Source: an uncultured virus (IMG/VR IMGVR_UViG_3300025138_000031)
Taxonomy: Duplodnaviria; Heunggongvirae; Uroviricota; Caudoviricetes
Length of the DNA: 64,000 nt
Direction: 5' to 3' (one strand)
IMG/VR virus record: IMGVR_UViG_3300025138_000031
Position numbers and translations under genes: made by a program. The notes beneath the pieces are model-generated. The model did no database searches and was not told the DNA's origin. It worked only from the letters and a program-made list of their open reading frames with translations. Of this stretch, positions 1 to 10,900 are shown in pieces (positions within the stretch are counted from its first letter, which is position 1; each line of letters opens with the position of its first letter).

Positions 1-182
1 AGTGGTTCTACCAAAATGGTACTATGGACTACATGGGAAGAACTCAAGGTTTTGCTTCTACTGGACAATTCAATGGATATAGAGTTTATATGACTCAGAC
101 CATGCCAGCTATTTGGGTTAAGGATCCTACTAAAGTTCTTAAAATTGTAATGAGAAATCCTGTAACAGGAGGATCATTCTAG
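1..182 (+). CDS. Major capsid protein, C-terminal fragment (5' truncated by window)
   Basis: Frame from nt 3 reads WFYQNGTMDYMGRTQGFASTGQFNGYRVYMTQTMPAIWVKDPTKVLKIVMRNPVTGGSF-TAG. The 'GY.V...IWVKDPT' end resembles crAss-like MCP C-termini. It is followed by a strong terminator and crAss-like post-capsid genes. Not in the ORF track. Confidence 0.75.
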   Translation, partial: WFYQNGTMDYMGRTQGFASTGQFNGYRVYMTQTMPAIWVKDPTKVLKIVMRNPVTGGSF

Positions 183-193
183 TAATTATAATT

Positions 194-224
194 AAGGGGG
201 AGGTTAATCCCTCCCCTTTTTTTT
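194..224 (+). terminator. Rho-independent terminator after MCP
   Basis: GGGGAGG-TTAATC-CCTCCCC stem-loop followed by T8. Confidence 0.85.
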
Positions 225-247
225 ATTAACATTTAAAGAAATAAATT

Positions 248-496
248 ATGGGAAAACCTAAGCAAGTAAATAAATTAAGTCAGAAGTTTGAAAGTGCTGC
301 GTATGAAGGAGTTACAAGAGCTCAGACAGGTAATGCTAGATTGCTACATGTAAATGAAGTAATTAGTTGGATCCGTGATCTTGCAGATTCTACCACATAT
401 GCTAATGAAACTGCTGCAAAAGCTGCTGGATTAAAAAAGGGAGACCTATATATTCAGACAGGTAGTGGTGCAATTAACATAGTACTAACAACATAG
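248..496 (+). CDS. Small virion/head-decoration-like protein (82 aa)
   Basis: C-terminal YANETAAKAAGLKKGDLY..TG motif of the kind seen on phage fibre/decoration proteins; lies directly after the MCP gene. Confidence 0.5.
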   Translation: MGKPKQVNKLSQKFESAAYEGVTRAQTGNARLLHVNEVISWIRDLADSTTYANETAAKAAGLKKGDLYIQTGSGAINIVLTT

Positions 497-507
497 TCAA
501 AAACTTT

Positions 508-531
508 AAGCAAGATTAATCTCTTGCTTTT
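508..531 (+). terminator. Stem-loop / weak terminator
   Basis: AAGCAAGA-TTAATC-TCTTGCTT followed by TT. Confidence 0.55.
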
Positions 532-617
532 AGAAATATTAGTAATAATAGAATGTACACTACGGTGTATTATTTGACTTGAGTACCAATTATTAATTTT
601 TAAAAAAACCAAACGGA

Positions 618-1637
618 ATGGATGATTACACAATTGTTGAAAAGTATCAACACGCAAAAAAAACTAGCTCAATAGCTATACGCCCTTATTTTAATCCGGG
701 CAAAGAAAATATGGGATTAGAACAATATGGATTGTCTTTACATGATGGAGTATTTCATGAAGAGTCTTTAGCATGTTTAGAAATGAATGGAGTTAAAAGA
801 TACATTACTGGATTAAATGAATTTGATCCTAAAGTAAAGATGCTTCCTCCAAAAGAGAAGAAGGCTAAAATTGCAGAAATCAGAAAAGTAGTTTCTGAAT
901 TAGAAGCTGAACTAGCTGCTAATCAAGTTGATGTAGAAGATAAAGACTTCTGGAACAAGCTAACTGTTATGAAGCCTGACAATTCTAAATTTTGGGATAA
1001 GATAACTTTGAGGTGTGGTAATGATCCAGTTTTTTTAGATGGTGATGTAGATCCATATGACAGAATTAAATTGCATGCTATTAGAGCTGGTGGATTTTCA
1101 ATTGTAGCTAAGTCATTGAAAGATGCTAAGTCATCAAATGATAATCCAAAGTTTTATTTAGATACAGTTGAGGAAACTCTTACTACAAGAACAGAATTAA
1201 CTAAGTTGAAAAATAAAGCATTGACAGCATTACAAAATCTATATGATACTAATACAACTAAATTGATATATGTTGCTAAAGTAGTAGATAGTGATAGTGT
1301 ACAATATACTAAAAATACACCAAATGATGTTATGTATGAAAACATGGATGAATACATTAATGGAAGAGGTGCTGAAAGTAACAAAAAAAGAGCTGCTAAA
1401 CAATTTTTAGATGTATCTAGTTTAGATATGGAAGAATTAAAAATCAGATCTTTAATTAAAGATGGATTATACTATAGATTTATTACAACTAAAGCAGGGG
1501 GATGGATTGAACCAATTGATAGTGGAATAAGAATGGGTAAAAGACCATCTGAAGTATTGGACTTTTTAAAAGATCCAAATAATGAAGAGTCTCTTTTATC
1601 TTTAATGGATAAAGTAGATCCATACTGGAATTCATAA
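618..1637 (+). CDS. Conserved crAss-like protein downstream of MCP (gene 75-like), function unknown
   Basis: 339-aa soluble ORF; assignment is by synteny after MCP only. Confidence 0.5.
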   Translation: MDDYTIVEKYQHAKKTSSIAIRPYFNPGKENMGLEQYGLSLHDGVFHEESLACLEMNGVKRYITGLNEFDPKVKMLPPKEKKAKIAEIRKVVSELEAELAANQVDVEDKDFWNKLTVMKPDNSKFWDKITLRCGNDPVFLDGDVDPYDRIKLHAIRAGGFSIVAKSLKDAKSSNDNPKFYLDTVEETLTTRTELTKLKNKALTALQNLYDTNTTKLIYVAKVVDSDSVQYTKNTPNDVMYENMDEYINGRGAESNKKRAAKQFLDVSSLDMEELKIRSLIKDGLYYRFITTKAGGWIEPIDSGIRMGKRPSEVLDFLKDPNNEESLLSLMDKVDPYWNS

Positions 1638-1647
1638 ATATTAAATA

Positions 1648-2355
1648 ATGGAAAATAATACTGCATTCATAAAGCTTAAGCAAAGGTTGAATAAATTAGA
1701 TAGTCAAGACTTTGATAATATAGAAGCTTGGCAATTTATTGAAGCTTTTAATAAAGCTCAAATAGAGTGGTGTAGGAGAAATCTTCATGGTGGTAATATG
1801 TATAAAGAAGGAGATGAATTATCTAAGAAAAGAATAGATGATTTACAACCTTTACTTAGAGAATTATCTTTAACAGGTACAGTAAGTGATACATATTTTG
1901 AATCAGACAATTTTCCAGTTGATACTTATTTAGAATTTAAAACTGTAACAACAGATGCAAATCAAGAGTGTTGTCCTGAACCAAGATCAATGACAGTATA
2001 TTTAGCTGAAGAAGCAAATGTATCATTGATTTTAAGAGATCCTCTTAAGAATCCTGATTTTGAATGGGGTGAAACATTTTGCACAATGTTAAATAATACA
2101 ATAAGAATATACAGGAATAGCAATTTCAATATTGTTAATCCTGTATTAACTTATTATGAAAAGCCTAGACTGATACAAATGGTAGGAGCTGTTAATCCAT
2201 ATACTGGGGCAGTAAGTACTGTTAATGTTAATAGTGAGTTTAAAGATGACTTAGTAGAAGTAATGCTGGATGATACAGCATCTATTATTGCTGGAGATAT
2301 AGAGAACTCATATCAACAACAAAGAGGTACTCAGGCTGCAGAAAGAAATAATTAA
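1648..2355 (+). CDS. Neck/tail ring (head-tail adaptor) protein
   Basis: RLNKLDSQD..AFNKAQIEW..KRIDDLQPL and YYEKP pattern resembles crAss-like ring proteins; size and synteny agree. Confidence 0.6.
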   Translation: MENNTAFIKLKQRLNKLDSQDFDNIEAWQFIEAFNKAQIEWCRRNLHGGNMYKEGDELSKKRIDDLQPLLRELSLTGTVSDTYFESDNFPVDTYLEFKTVTTDANQECCPEPRSMTVYLAEEANVSLILRDPLKNPDFEWGETFCTMLNNTIRIYRNSNFNIVNPVLTYYEKPRLIQMVGAVNPYTGAVSTVNVNSEFKDDLVEVMLDDTASIIAGDIENSYQQQRGTQAAERNN

Positions 2356-2381
2356 TATATTGGTTATCTAGTAGAAAATTA

Positions 2382-2389
2382 GTATATTA
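2382..2389 (+). promoter_or_regulatory. Recurring GTATATTA putative promoter motif
   Basis: Same motif recurs in intergenic gaps at 4110, 13592, 31811 and 60316, with a variant at 17842. Confidence 0.5.
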
Positions 2390-2483
2390 TTATAGTAACA
2401 AGGATGTTACGCACAGAGTAAACTGTTTAAATCTTTTTTTATAACTAGTGGGGGTAATGGTCCTCACACAAATTTTATTTATT

Positions 2484-4031
2484 ATGGCTTATTTTAATAA
2501 TGCGTTTAACAAGACATTTGTTGTCAGTTCAGTGGATGTAGCCGCTGGAACTGGATCAGGTGCACTTGCCGCAGGACAATTGGGTTTAGTAGATGGAGCA
2601 GATTGGCAAACAGTTGCTTTACCAGGTGGTGCAGGAGTTCCTGCAGTTACAGCTGGTGACTTAGCTTATGTTGTACAAGGTTCTTTCTATTCTAAAGACA
2701 CAATTGGAAACAATCCTGGACACGGTGGGTATCAAGAGTCAGTAAAATCTAAGGGTATTAACCCAAGATATATTACTAGACTATGGGCTGCAAACTGCTT
2801 TGATGCAAGTCAAGCTACTGCTGAATTATGTTTAGCATCAGATTGTGCTCCATGTGGTAAAACACAATTTATGAGAATTGACGTGAAGGGTTCACCTGCA
2901 CTAAGATTTTTAAATCACAATGCATATGCAATTGCTGACTCAGCAAATGTATGTTGTATTGACGGACAAGAATATATTGATCCTGCTTTAATTTTAGCAA
3001 CTATGATGGATATGTCTCTTTCAGATCCATTAATCAAACCATTTGCTGCTGAAGGTGATGTTAACGGTCTCCTTGAAGGAGCTGGTTTAACATTAGCTGC
3101 TGGTGCTGGCTTAACAGTTGGTGTTAAAGCAACATCTGCTGTTGATGCAGGAGGATCTGCTATTACAGCTTCAAGCCGTCCAGGTTTTGTTGATGCTGCA
3201 ATTGAAGTATTAACTGTATCTGGTGCAGGTGCTGTTGAAAGTTATGATGTAGCACAAGCTGGTTCAGGATACAAAGTAGGTGATGTAGTAACTCTAACAG
3301 ATGCTGGAGCAACTACAGATTCAACTCTTACAGTTGCTGCTGCAGGTTTAACTGCTGGTGGTATTATTGTTACTGAAACAACTGCTGCTGGAGTAGTATC
3401 TAATAAAGTTTATACAATTGCACAAGCTAAAGGTAATGGTGCAGGAGCTTATGTTCCTTCAACTGATCCTAATGGAGCTGTAAAAGTTTCAGCATGTGCT
3501 AAAGTTGTAGGTGCTTATGTAGACACTACGTTTGGTAACTGTTCATTTGACACAAGAGATCACTATAACGCAGAACCTGTGGAAATCATTTTATCTTCTT
3601 TAGATGAAACTGGTAATCCATGTAATGACTGTGGTGTAGCTTCTAGAACTCCTGGATCAATGCAACAAACACAAGGTGAAGAAGTAATTAGAGAATTAAT
3701 TTTATCTGAAAGATACCGTCAGTCTCCTTATAACCAAGGAAATGCTAGCAGTGCAAGAATCAGAGAGATTGAAATGTCTGATGAACTTTTAGCTGCGGTT
3801 GATAGAACAGCTACTTATAGAGCTTACTATATCCAACATTCAGTTCCAAGATTCAATAACCCAACAGGGGTATTTGACAATGACCAATATGTTTATAAAA
3901 TCTACGCTAAGTGTTCTGATGCTGCTGATCAAGCTGCAATCAAAAAACTTATGGAAGGTTTAGAAGCATGGGCTGCAGACAATGGAAATAAAGTTGTTTA
4001 TACAGATGAAGCACTACAACCATACTGGTAA
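2484..4031 (+). CDS. Abundant structural protein, possibly auxiliary capsid protein, with an Ala/Gly-rich insertion
   Basis: ATG at 2484 (MAYFNNAF) preferred over the GTG at 2448. Has its own promoter motif and a strong terminator, Cys pairs, and a GSGYKVGDVVTL beta-repeat-like insert; position matches crAss auxiliary capsid genes. Confidence 0.5.
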   Translation: MAYFNNAFNKTFVVSSVDVAAGTGSGALAAGQLGLVDGADWQTVALPGGAGVPAVTAGDLAYVVQGSFYSKDTIGNNPGHGGYQESVKSKGINPRYITRLWAANCFDASQATAELCLASDCAPCGKTQFMRIDVKGSPALRFLNHNAYAIADSANVCCIDGQEYIDPALILATMMDMSLSDPLIKPFAAEGDVNGLLEGAGLTLAAGAGLTVGVKATSAVDAGGSAITASSRPGFVDAAIEVLTVSGAGAVESYDVAQAGSGYKVGDVVTLTDAGATTDSTLTVAAAGLTAGGIIVTETTAAGVVSNKVYTIAQAKGNGAGAYVPSTDPNGAVKVSACAKVVGAYVDTTFGNCSFDTRDHYNAEPVEIILSSLDETGNPCNDCGVASRTPGSMQQTQGEEVIRELILSERYRQSPYNQGNASSARIREIEMSDELLAAVDRTATYRAYYIQHSVPRFNNPTGVFDNDQYVYKIYAKCSDAADQAAIKKLMEGLEAWAADNGNKVVYTDEALQPYW

Positions 4032-4055
4032 ACAGTAGTTTCATATAATTTAATT

Positions 4056-4090
4056 AGAGCAGGGGAAAAATCTCCTGCTCTTTTTATTTT
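4056..4090 (+). terminator. Rho-independent terminator
   Basis: AGAGCAGGGGA-AAAA-TCTCCTGCTCT followed by TTTTATTTT. Confidence 0.85.
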
Positions 4091-4109
4091 ATATTGTCTT
4101 TAATTTTTT

Positions 4110-4117
4110 GTATATTA
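4110..4117 (+). promoter_or_regulatory. GTATATTA putative promoter motif
   Basis: TTTGTATATTATCTATA between the terminator and the ATG at 4148. Confidence 0.5.
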
Positions 4118-4147
4118 TCTATATAGTGTAATAAAGTAACAGATAAA

Positions 4148-4723
4148 ATGGCAAAACAACATATATTAAGCTTAGAAATACCAGCAGTATCTAATTGTGA
4201 ACTATTATGTATTAAAGATACTAGTCAATATAGTGATGAGCTAGCTGTAGATTGTGAAGAACTTTTAATTACGTTACCTGGATATAGTGTACCAGTTCTT
4301 ATTAAAGTAGATAAAAACTTTGATATGTGTTTAACTGCATGCACATTGGCATTACAAACAAAAGAATGTGGTAAAACACAAGAAAAAATTCCTGATGGAA
4401 TATACATTGTTAAATACAGTGTATCTCCAAACTCTAAAGTGTATGTAGAATACAATCATTTAAGAGTAACTAGATTACTAAGTACATATTATGATGTGCT
4501 TTGTGAACTAGATGTACAGGCTTGCCAACCCAATTCAGAGAAACAAGCTTTGCTTGCAGAAATGAGTTACATTAGAACCATGATTGATGCAGCTGTATCA
4601 AACGTTGAGTACTGCCAATCAGCAGCTCAAGGTATGCAGTTATACAATTATGCAAAAAACAGATTGAACAAAATTGCTTGTCCATCAGGAGACTGTGGAT
4701 CAAGCTCTTCATATTTAATTTAA
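4148..4723 (+). CDS. Cys-rich structural protein (tail hub-like)
   Basis: IPDGIYIVKY beta-sandwich motif, helical C-terminus, many Cys; synteny with crAss hub genes. Confidence 0.45.
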   Translation: MAKQHILSLEIPAVSNCELLCIKDTSQYSDELAVDCEELLITLPGYSVPVLIKVDKNFDMCLTACTLALQTKECGKTQEKIPDGIYIVKYSVSPNSKVYVEYNHLRVTRLLSTYYDVLCELDVQACQPNSEKQALLAEMSYIRTMIDAAVSNVEYCQSAAQGMQLYNYAKNRLNKIACPSGDCGSSSSYLI

Positions 4724-4733
4724 AACCAAAAAA

Positions 4734-4913
4734 ATGGCAAATTGTGCACACTGTAATAAAACATTTACTTGTGGATGTCAAAAGGCTAGTTTAGGAAATG
4801 GGGTAGTTGTATGTAAAAATTGTAAAGCATTAGCTGAAGCAAATACAAGTACTTCAAGAGATTTGAATTTAGAATTAGCAAGACAACAGATACAAGATTT
4901 AAGAAGTAAATAA
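4734..4913 (+). CDS. 59-aa Cys-rich microprotein (CxxC..CGC..CxxC)
   Basis: MANCAHCNKTFTCGCQKASLGNGVVVCKNCKALAEANTSTSRDLNLELARQQIQDLRSK; fills the gap between neighbours and has an AAAACCAA leader; missing from the ORF track. Confidence 0.8.
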   Translation: MANCAHCNKTFTCGCQKASLGNGVVVCKNCKALAEANTSTSRDLNLELARQQIQDLRSK

Positions 4914-4915
4914 AT

Positions 4916-5458
4916 ATGGCAACAGCAATAGCGGGGACATCTAATGAAACTCAAAAAAAAGAGTTAGCTGAATTGAAGCGTATAAAAATTGAGCAAAGAT
5001 TTGCTAGACAATTCTATGCACAATTTAAATCATTAAGATTTGGTATTGAAGCATGCTGTTATGAAGATTTAGAAAGTGCAACTCTCAATAAAGAGTTATG
5101 TGATTGGAAGAATTCAAGTAGCAGTAAAATTGTAGTAGCTACTGAAACTCCAGGAGTATTTGTAGAACCAATAGCAACAGTTAATATTATAGCAAGTAAG
5201 TCTTGTCCAACTATACCATCTAACGTATGTACTATAGTTGACTTAGCAAATATAATTGCTAAAGCTGGTACTTATTCAGAATGCTTTGAAATAGCTGCTG
5301 ACTCATGGGTGATAACACATAATTTAGGAAGGTATCCATCTGTTACCGTTGTAGATAATAATAATAAAGTTGTTGTAGGAGATATACAATATAACAACAC
5401 TAATACTATAACAATATCATTTGATAAAGCTTTTGTAGGCTGTGCATTTTTAAACTAA
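4916..5458 (+). CDS. Structural/fibre-associated protein
   Basis: N-terminal helix with CC; C-terminal WVITHNLG.YPSVTVVD..GDIQY..ITISF small beta-domain typical of phage fibres. Confidence 0.55.
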   Translation: MATAIAGTSNETQKKELAELKRIKIEQRFARQFYAQFKSLRFGIEACCYEDLESATLNKELCDWKNSSSSKIVVATETPGVFVEPIATVNIIASKSCPTIPSNVCTIVDLANIIAKAGTYSECFEIAADSWVITHNLGRYPSVTVVDNNNKVVVGDIQYNNTNTITISFDKAFVGCAFLN

Positions 5459-5500
5459 AGAAATAATTAAAAAAAAATAACATAACTAAAAACAAAAATA

Positions 5501-7825
5501 ATGGCAATTAATTTTCTAACAGGGTTAAATATAGATGGAAACATTGATTTAAACTCTAATCAATTAAAAGAGGTTAGGATAGATAACATTGGATCAGCTC
5601 CATCTGGTTCCCTGGGAAGAATCTATTATGACACAACATCAAATAAACTTAGACTTTATAATGGAGGCTGGGTTGATATTGATACAGGAACAGATGGAGA
5701 CACTACTTATGATTTATCAGGTGTTGGTTCTTCAAATGGAACAGCAGGTGTAAGGCTTGCAGGATCAGATGGAACTAATGATGATGTAATTATTACAGGT
5801 GCAGGTACAGTAGGAGTAACAAGAAGTGGTAATACACTTACAGTTACAGGTACTGACTCAGCAGCAGGTACAGTAACTAGTGTATCTGGTGGAACTGGTA
5901 TATCAATTTCAGGTAATGCTTCTGTAACACCTACAGTTAACATTGATACTACAGGTTCTGACAATGCAATTTTAGTATTAAGTGCTGCAACTCCTGTAGG
6001 AGCTGATACAATGTGGTTTTCTGATGCAAATGACAGTACACTTAAAAAGTCTTTATTATCTAATTTTCCAGGATTTGGAAAAGATGGTACTGTTATTTCT
6101 GTAGCTACAGGAGCTGGTTTGACAGGTGGTACAATTACTTCATCAGGAACATTAGCAGTAGATTATGCTGGTTCAGATAACGTTATATTAGCTGCTGGTG
6201 ATGGAACATCTATAACACTTGCTGCAAGTGATAAGGTTCTATTTTCTGATGCAACTGATAGTAACGCTAAATTTGCAAATTTATCTCAAGTAGCAAGTTA
6301 TATTAATGCAGGAGCAGGTTCTGTAACTTCAGTAGGTGTGAGTGGTGGTTCAACAGGATTCTCATTCAGTAACTCTCCAATTACTTCTAGTGGTACTATG
6401 ACAATGTCAGGTACATTAGATGTAGATAATGGTGGTACTGGACTTGCAAGTTATACAACAGGAGATATATTATATGCTTCTGGTGGATCAACATTAGCTA
6501 AACTAGCTATAGGTACAGCAGGACAAGTATTAAAAGTAGCATCTGGAATTCCTAGTTGGGCAGCAGATTCTAATTCTGGCGGTACAGTAACAAGTATTAC
6601 TCCAGCAGCAGATTCAGGTTCAGGTACAGCAATTACTTCTTCAGGAGTGTTGACTTTATCTTCAAGTAGTGGACTTATAACAACAAGTGTAGCAGGTACA
6701 ACTTGGAAGATTAGTACTACAGCAACAAATAATACAGGTACTGTAACAAGTGTAACTGCAGGAGCAGGTATGACACAAACAGGTACCTCAACTGTTAATC
6801 CTACTTTAAATGTAGTTCCAGCAGCAGGTGGTGGTATATCTGTAGCAGTAGATAGTGTATCTGTAGATGCTACAGTTGTTAGAACATCAGGTGCTCAATC
6901 AATAGCAGGAACAAAAACATTTAGTAGTAATATAGTAGTACCAATTACTCCTAGTATATCTACAAATGCTGCATCTAAGAGTTATGTTGATTCTACATTT
7001 GCAGGATCTGGAGCTTTAATCTTCCAAGGAGGATATAATGCAGCAACAAACACACCAGATCTAGATAACACGCCTTCTGCAGCAATTAAACAAGGTTGGA
7101 CATATGCAGTAACAAATGCAGGTTCTTTCTTTAGTGAAACAGTTGAAGATGGGGATTTACTTATTGCAGAATCAGACTCTCCAACAGCATTATCTGATTG
7201 GACAGTTGTTCAGAATAATATAGGTATTGCAACAGCAGGATCTACAGATGGAGGTACAACAAAAGGTATTTCAGGATTTGATAGTGCAAACTTTACAGTA
7301 ACAGCAAACGGTTGGGCACAAATTAAAGCAGGTGGTATTAGTGATGCTGAGTTAGCAAGTACATTTAATAAGATTATTGGTACTGACTCAGATGTAAATA
7401 CAAGTGGTGTTACAGTAATAGATACTATTAACTTAACTGATGGTGTTGTTACTTCTGCTATAGGAACAAGAGCATTACCAACTACTTCTCAAACTAACTT
7501 AGGTGTGGTTGAAATGGCTGATGCTTCTGAAGTAACAGCAGGTACTATAACTAATAAAGCTATATCACCAGCTACGTTGCTAGGTTCTCATCAAGCAGAA
7601 AGCTATTCAGTAGCATTTCCAAGTTCTACAACAAATAGTTTTAGTGTATCAGCAGGAACACATAAATTAGGTACAGGACCATTTATTATTCAAACTTATG
7701 GTAAAGGGGGTAGTCAAATATTTATGGATGTTACTGTTAATCCATCAACTGGTGAAGTTGATTTAGATTGGACAACAAATGCAAGTGCTAATGATTACAC
7801 TTTAGTAATGAGTAGGGTAAGATAA
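5501..7825 (+). CDS. Fibre protein 1 (774 aa)
   Basis: Gly/Ser/Thr-rich; repeated GTVTSV, AASKSYVD, GG.NA.TNTP knob, THKLG-type C-terminal domain. Confidence 0.8.
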   Translation: MAINFLTGLNIDGNIDLNSNQLKEVRIDNIGSAPSGSLGRIYYDTTSNKLRLYNGGWVDIDTGTDGDTTYDLSGVGSSNGTAGVRLAGSDGTNDDVIITGAGTVGVTRSGNTLTVTGTDSAAGTVTSVSGGTGISISGNASVTPTVNIDTTGSDNAILVLSAATPVGADTMWFSDANDSTLKKSLLSNFPGFGKDGTVISVATGAGLTGGTITSSGTLAVDYAGSDNVILAAGDGTSITLAASDKVLFSDATDSNAKFANLSQVASYINAGAGSVTSVGVSGGSTGFSFSNSPITSSGTMTMSGTLDVDNGGTGLASYTTGDILYASGGSTLAKLAIGTAGQVLKVASGIPSWAADSNSGGTVTSITPAADSGSGTAITSSGVLTLSSSSGLITTSVAGTTWKISTTATNNTGTVTSVTAGAGMTQTGTSTVNPTLNVVPAAGGGISVAVDSVSVDATVVRTSGAQSIAGTKTFSSNIVVPITPSISTNAASKSYVDSTFAGSGALIFQGGYNAATNTPDLDNTPSAAIKQGWTYAVTNAGSFFSETVEDGDLLIAESDSPTALSDWTVVQNNIGIATAGSTDGGTTKGISGFDSANFTVTANGWAQIKAGGISDAELASTFNKIIGTDSDVNTSGVTVIDTINLTDGVVTSAIGTRALPTTSQTNLGVVEMADASEVTAGTITNKAISPATLLGSHQAESYSVAFPSSTTNSFSVSAGTHKLGTGPFIIQTYGKGGSQIFMDVTVNPSTGEVDLDWTTNASANDYTLVMSRVR

Positions 7826-7840
7826 TCAATGCTAAAAAAT

Positions 7841-7882
7841 ATAAAGGGAGTTGTGTCTATTAGTTTACTCAACTCCCTTTAT
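7841..7882. terminator. Hairpin / possible bidirectional terminator
   Basis: 13-bp perfect inverted repeat ATAAAGGGAGTTG / CAACTCCCTTTAT with a 16-nt loop. Confidence 0.7.
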
Positions 7883-7916
7883 TATAATTTTATTATCTTA
7901 GCAAACAAAATATAGA

Positions 7917-10900
7917 ATGGCAATAGAATTTAAAAAAGGTATAAGTGTAGATGGTAATAGTTCCATAACAGGTACAGTTTCTGTAAGTAGTGTTACTTCA
8001 GATAATAGTACTTATACAGGTATTATGGTATGGGATGGTGGTGTTCTTAAATATAGAACTAAGTCACAGATTCTTTCTGATATTGGTGCTACAAGTAATA
8101 CTGGTACAGTAACCTCAGTTACAGTACAAGGAACAACAGGACTAAGTGGTAGTGGTACAGTAACTACTTCTGGTACTATTACTTTAACAAACTCTGATAG
8201 AGGTTCAAGCCAAGCTATATATAAAAATATTGCTACACAAAGTGGTACGGCTACAGCAAATAGTAATAATGATACATTAACTATTACTGGAACAGGTGGT
8301 ACTACTACGTCTAGAAGTGGTGATACTATTACAATAAATTCTACAGATAATAATGATAATTATTATGTAAGTTCAGTAAGTTTTAATACTGGTAATGGTG
8401 TCCTAACTCTTAATAGACATAATACTACATCACTTACAGTAGATCTTGATGGAAGATACTTAGAACTTAGTGGCGGGACTATGTCAGGTAGTATTGCTAT
8501 GGGTAATAATAGTATTACTGGTGTAAATGAGATACAGGCTAATGGAGATCTTAAACTTAATACTTCAACTGGTGAACACGCTGTGTATGGAGCTGCAAAT
8601 GCTCAAACAATGATATATCATAATGGTGTAAAAAAGTTTGAAACTGCAAGTAATGGTGTTAGTATAATAGGTAACATTGATTTGACTCCAAGTAGTTCTG
8701 ATATTTCCATGATAGATAATAGTGGTGCTGCTTTAGAAGTAAAACAAGGCTCTGATTTATATATGAGATTTATTACTACTAATGGCGGTGAGCATATAGA
8801 GGTTAATAAAAATATGGAAATCCAAGGGTTGACAGCAACTTCAGCTACTTTCTCAAGTACTGTAACTGTCAGCAATGGTCAAATAGTTTTAAATGGTACT
8901 GGTAGAATACAAGGTGTAGATACAGTTAGTTCTGGAACTGACGCAGCAAACAAGACTTACGTTGATAATGCTGTGGCTGGTGTGCCTCAAGGAACTGTAA
9001 CAAGTATAAAAGCTACAACAGATGGTAATTCATTAGGTTTATCAGGAGCAGTAACTAGTATTGGAACTTTAACTCTACCTTGGCAAGGTTCAACTAGTCA
9101 GTATGTAAGAGGTGATGGTTCTTTAAGTACTTTCCCAGCTATACCATCAGTAGGAAATGGAACACTTACAATGACCACAAGCACAGGTCTTGATGGTGGA
9201 ACAACATTTACAGCTAATCAGTCTGGCAACTCAACATTTGCAGTTACTTTAGATTTGTCTGAAATAACTTTAAGTGCTGGTTTAGATGCTGGTGCTACTT
9301 CACTTAGCTTAGATTTATCTGAATTTACAGATATGACTGCAGCAATGAATACTAATGATGAATTTATTGTATTAGATAGTAGTGCTGAAAGAAGAAAACG
9401 TGCAGGTGAAATAGGTCTTAGTATATTTAGTAATGATTCAGGGTTTATAACTTCATCATCTTTACCAACAGTAAACAATGCAACTATAACTATAGCTGCA
9501 GGTACAAACTTAACTACTGGTGGTAATTTTACAACTAATCAGGGTAGTAATGAAACAATTACTATTAACATGGCAACTGGTGGTGTTGGAGCTGGAACTT
9601 ACGGTTCTACTTCTAACAGTACTAAGATAGATAATATTACAGTAGATGCATACGGTAGAGTAACTGGTGTATCTACAGGAGCTACTGGTCAAGTAAATAC
9701 TGTATCTGCAGGTAACGCAAACACAATTCAGGTAAGTGGAACTACTGGGGTTACAGTAACAGCTAATACAGGTACAGTAAGTTCTTCTTCTTCTAACTTA
9801 GCAACAGGAGCACAAATACAAACAGCTATTAATACAGCTATAACAGGAGTATTAAAATATGATGGAACTTGGAACGCAAGTACAAACTCACCAGCATTAT
9901 CAAGTGGATCAGGGACAGTAGGGGAATATTATATAGTATCTGTAGCTGGATCTACTAACCTAGATGGTATAACAGATTGGGCCGTAGGAGATTGGGCAGT
10001 ATTTTCTGATCAAGCAACAGATGCTTGGCAGAAGATAGATAATACTCAAGTAGGTAATGTAACAGGTTCTGGTAGTAATACTAGACTTGCAGTATGGAAT
10101 AGTAATTCAAATATTACAAGTGATTCTGATTTTACAACAAGTGGGACAAGATTAATTGCTACACAATTAGCTGCAGGTGATGGGACAGATGGTTATTTCT
10201 ATAGTGATTCAGCTGGACGTACTGCTTTTACAGCAGGTGATTTTTATATACAATCTGGCGTAAGTAATTATTACAATTACGCAACAAATATATATCTTGG
10301 AAATACAAGTGGAGATAATGTCCGTTTTAGAGGTAATCCATTAACAGGAGATAATTGGGGTATTGCAGCAACAGGAATTATGACAGCTCCTGGAGGTAAC
10401 TCTCAAGAGTGGAATGCTGCTTATGATAATCATATAACAGGAATATCAGATTCAGGATCTTCTACTATTACTATAACTCTTACACAAAATGATGGTGGTA
10501 CTTATAGTACATCATTTAGTAATCCTCAAGGAACTACAACCCCAAGTAATACACAAACATTTACTAATAAGTCAGGTAACATATCTCAGTGGACCAATAA
10601 CTCAGGGTACATAACCTCATCTTCATTACCAACTGTAAATAATCCTACGGTAACAGTAACTACCGCTTCAGGTTTAGATGGAGGAACAAGTTTTACTCTT
10701 AATCAATCAAGTAATAAAACAATTGCCTTAAGTTTAGATTTATCTGAGCTAACAGATATGACAGCTACTATGACTGGCACTGATGAGTTTATAGTATTAG
10801 ATTCAGGTGCAGAGCGTAGAAAGGCTGCAAGTGAAATAGGCAATAGTATATTCTCTAACACTGCTGGGTATATAACATCTGCATCTTTACCAAGTGTTGG

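Noticed and set aside
2448..2483. GTG start at 2448
   Set aside because: It lies inside a leader hairpin; the ATG at 2484 has a typical AT-rich context
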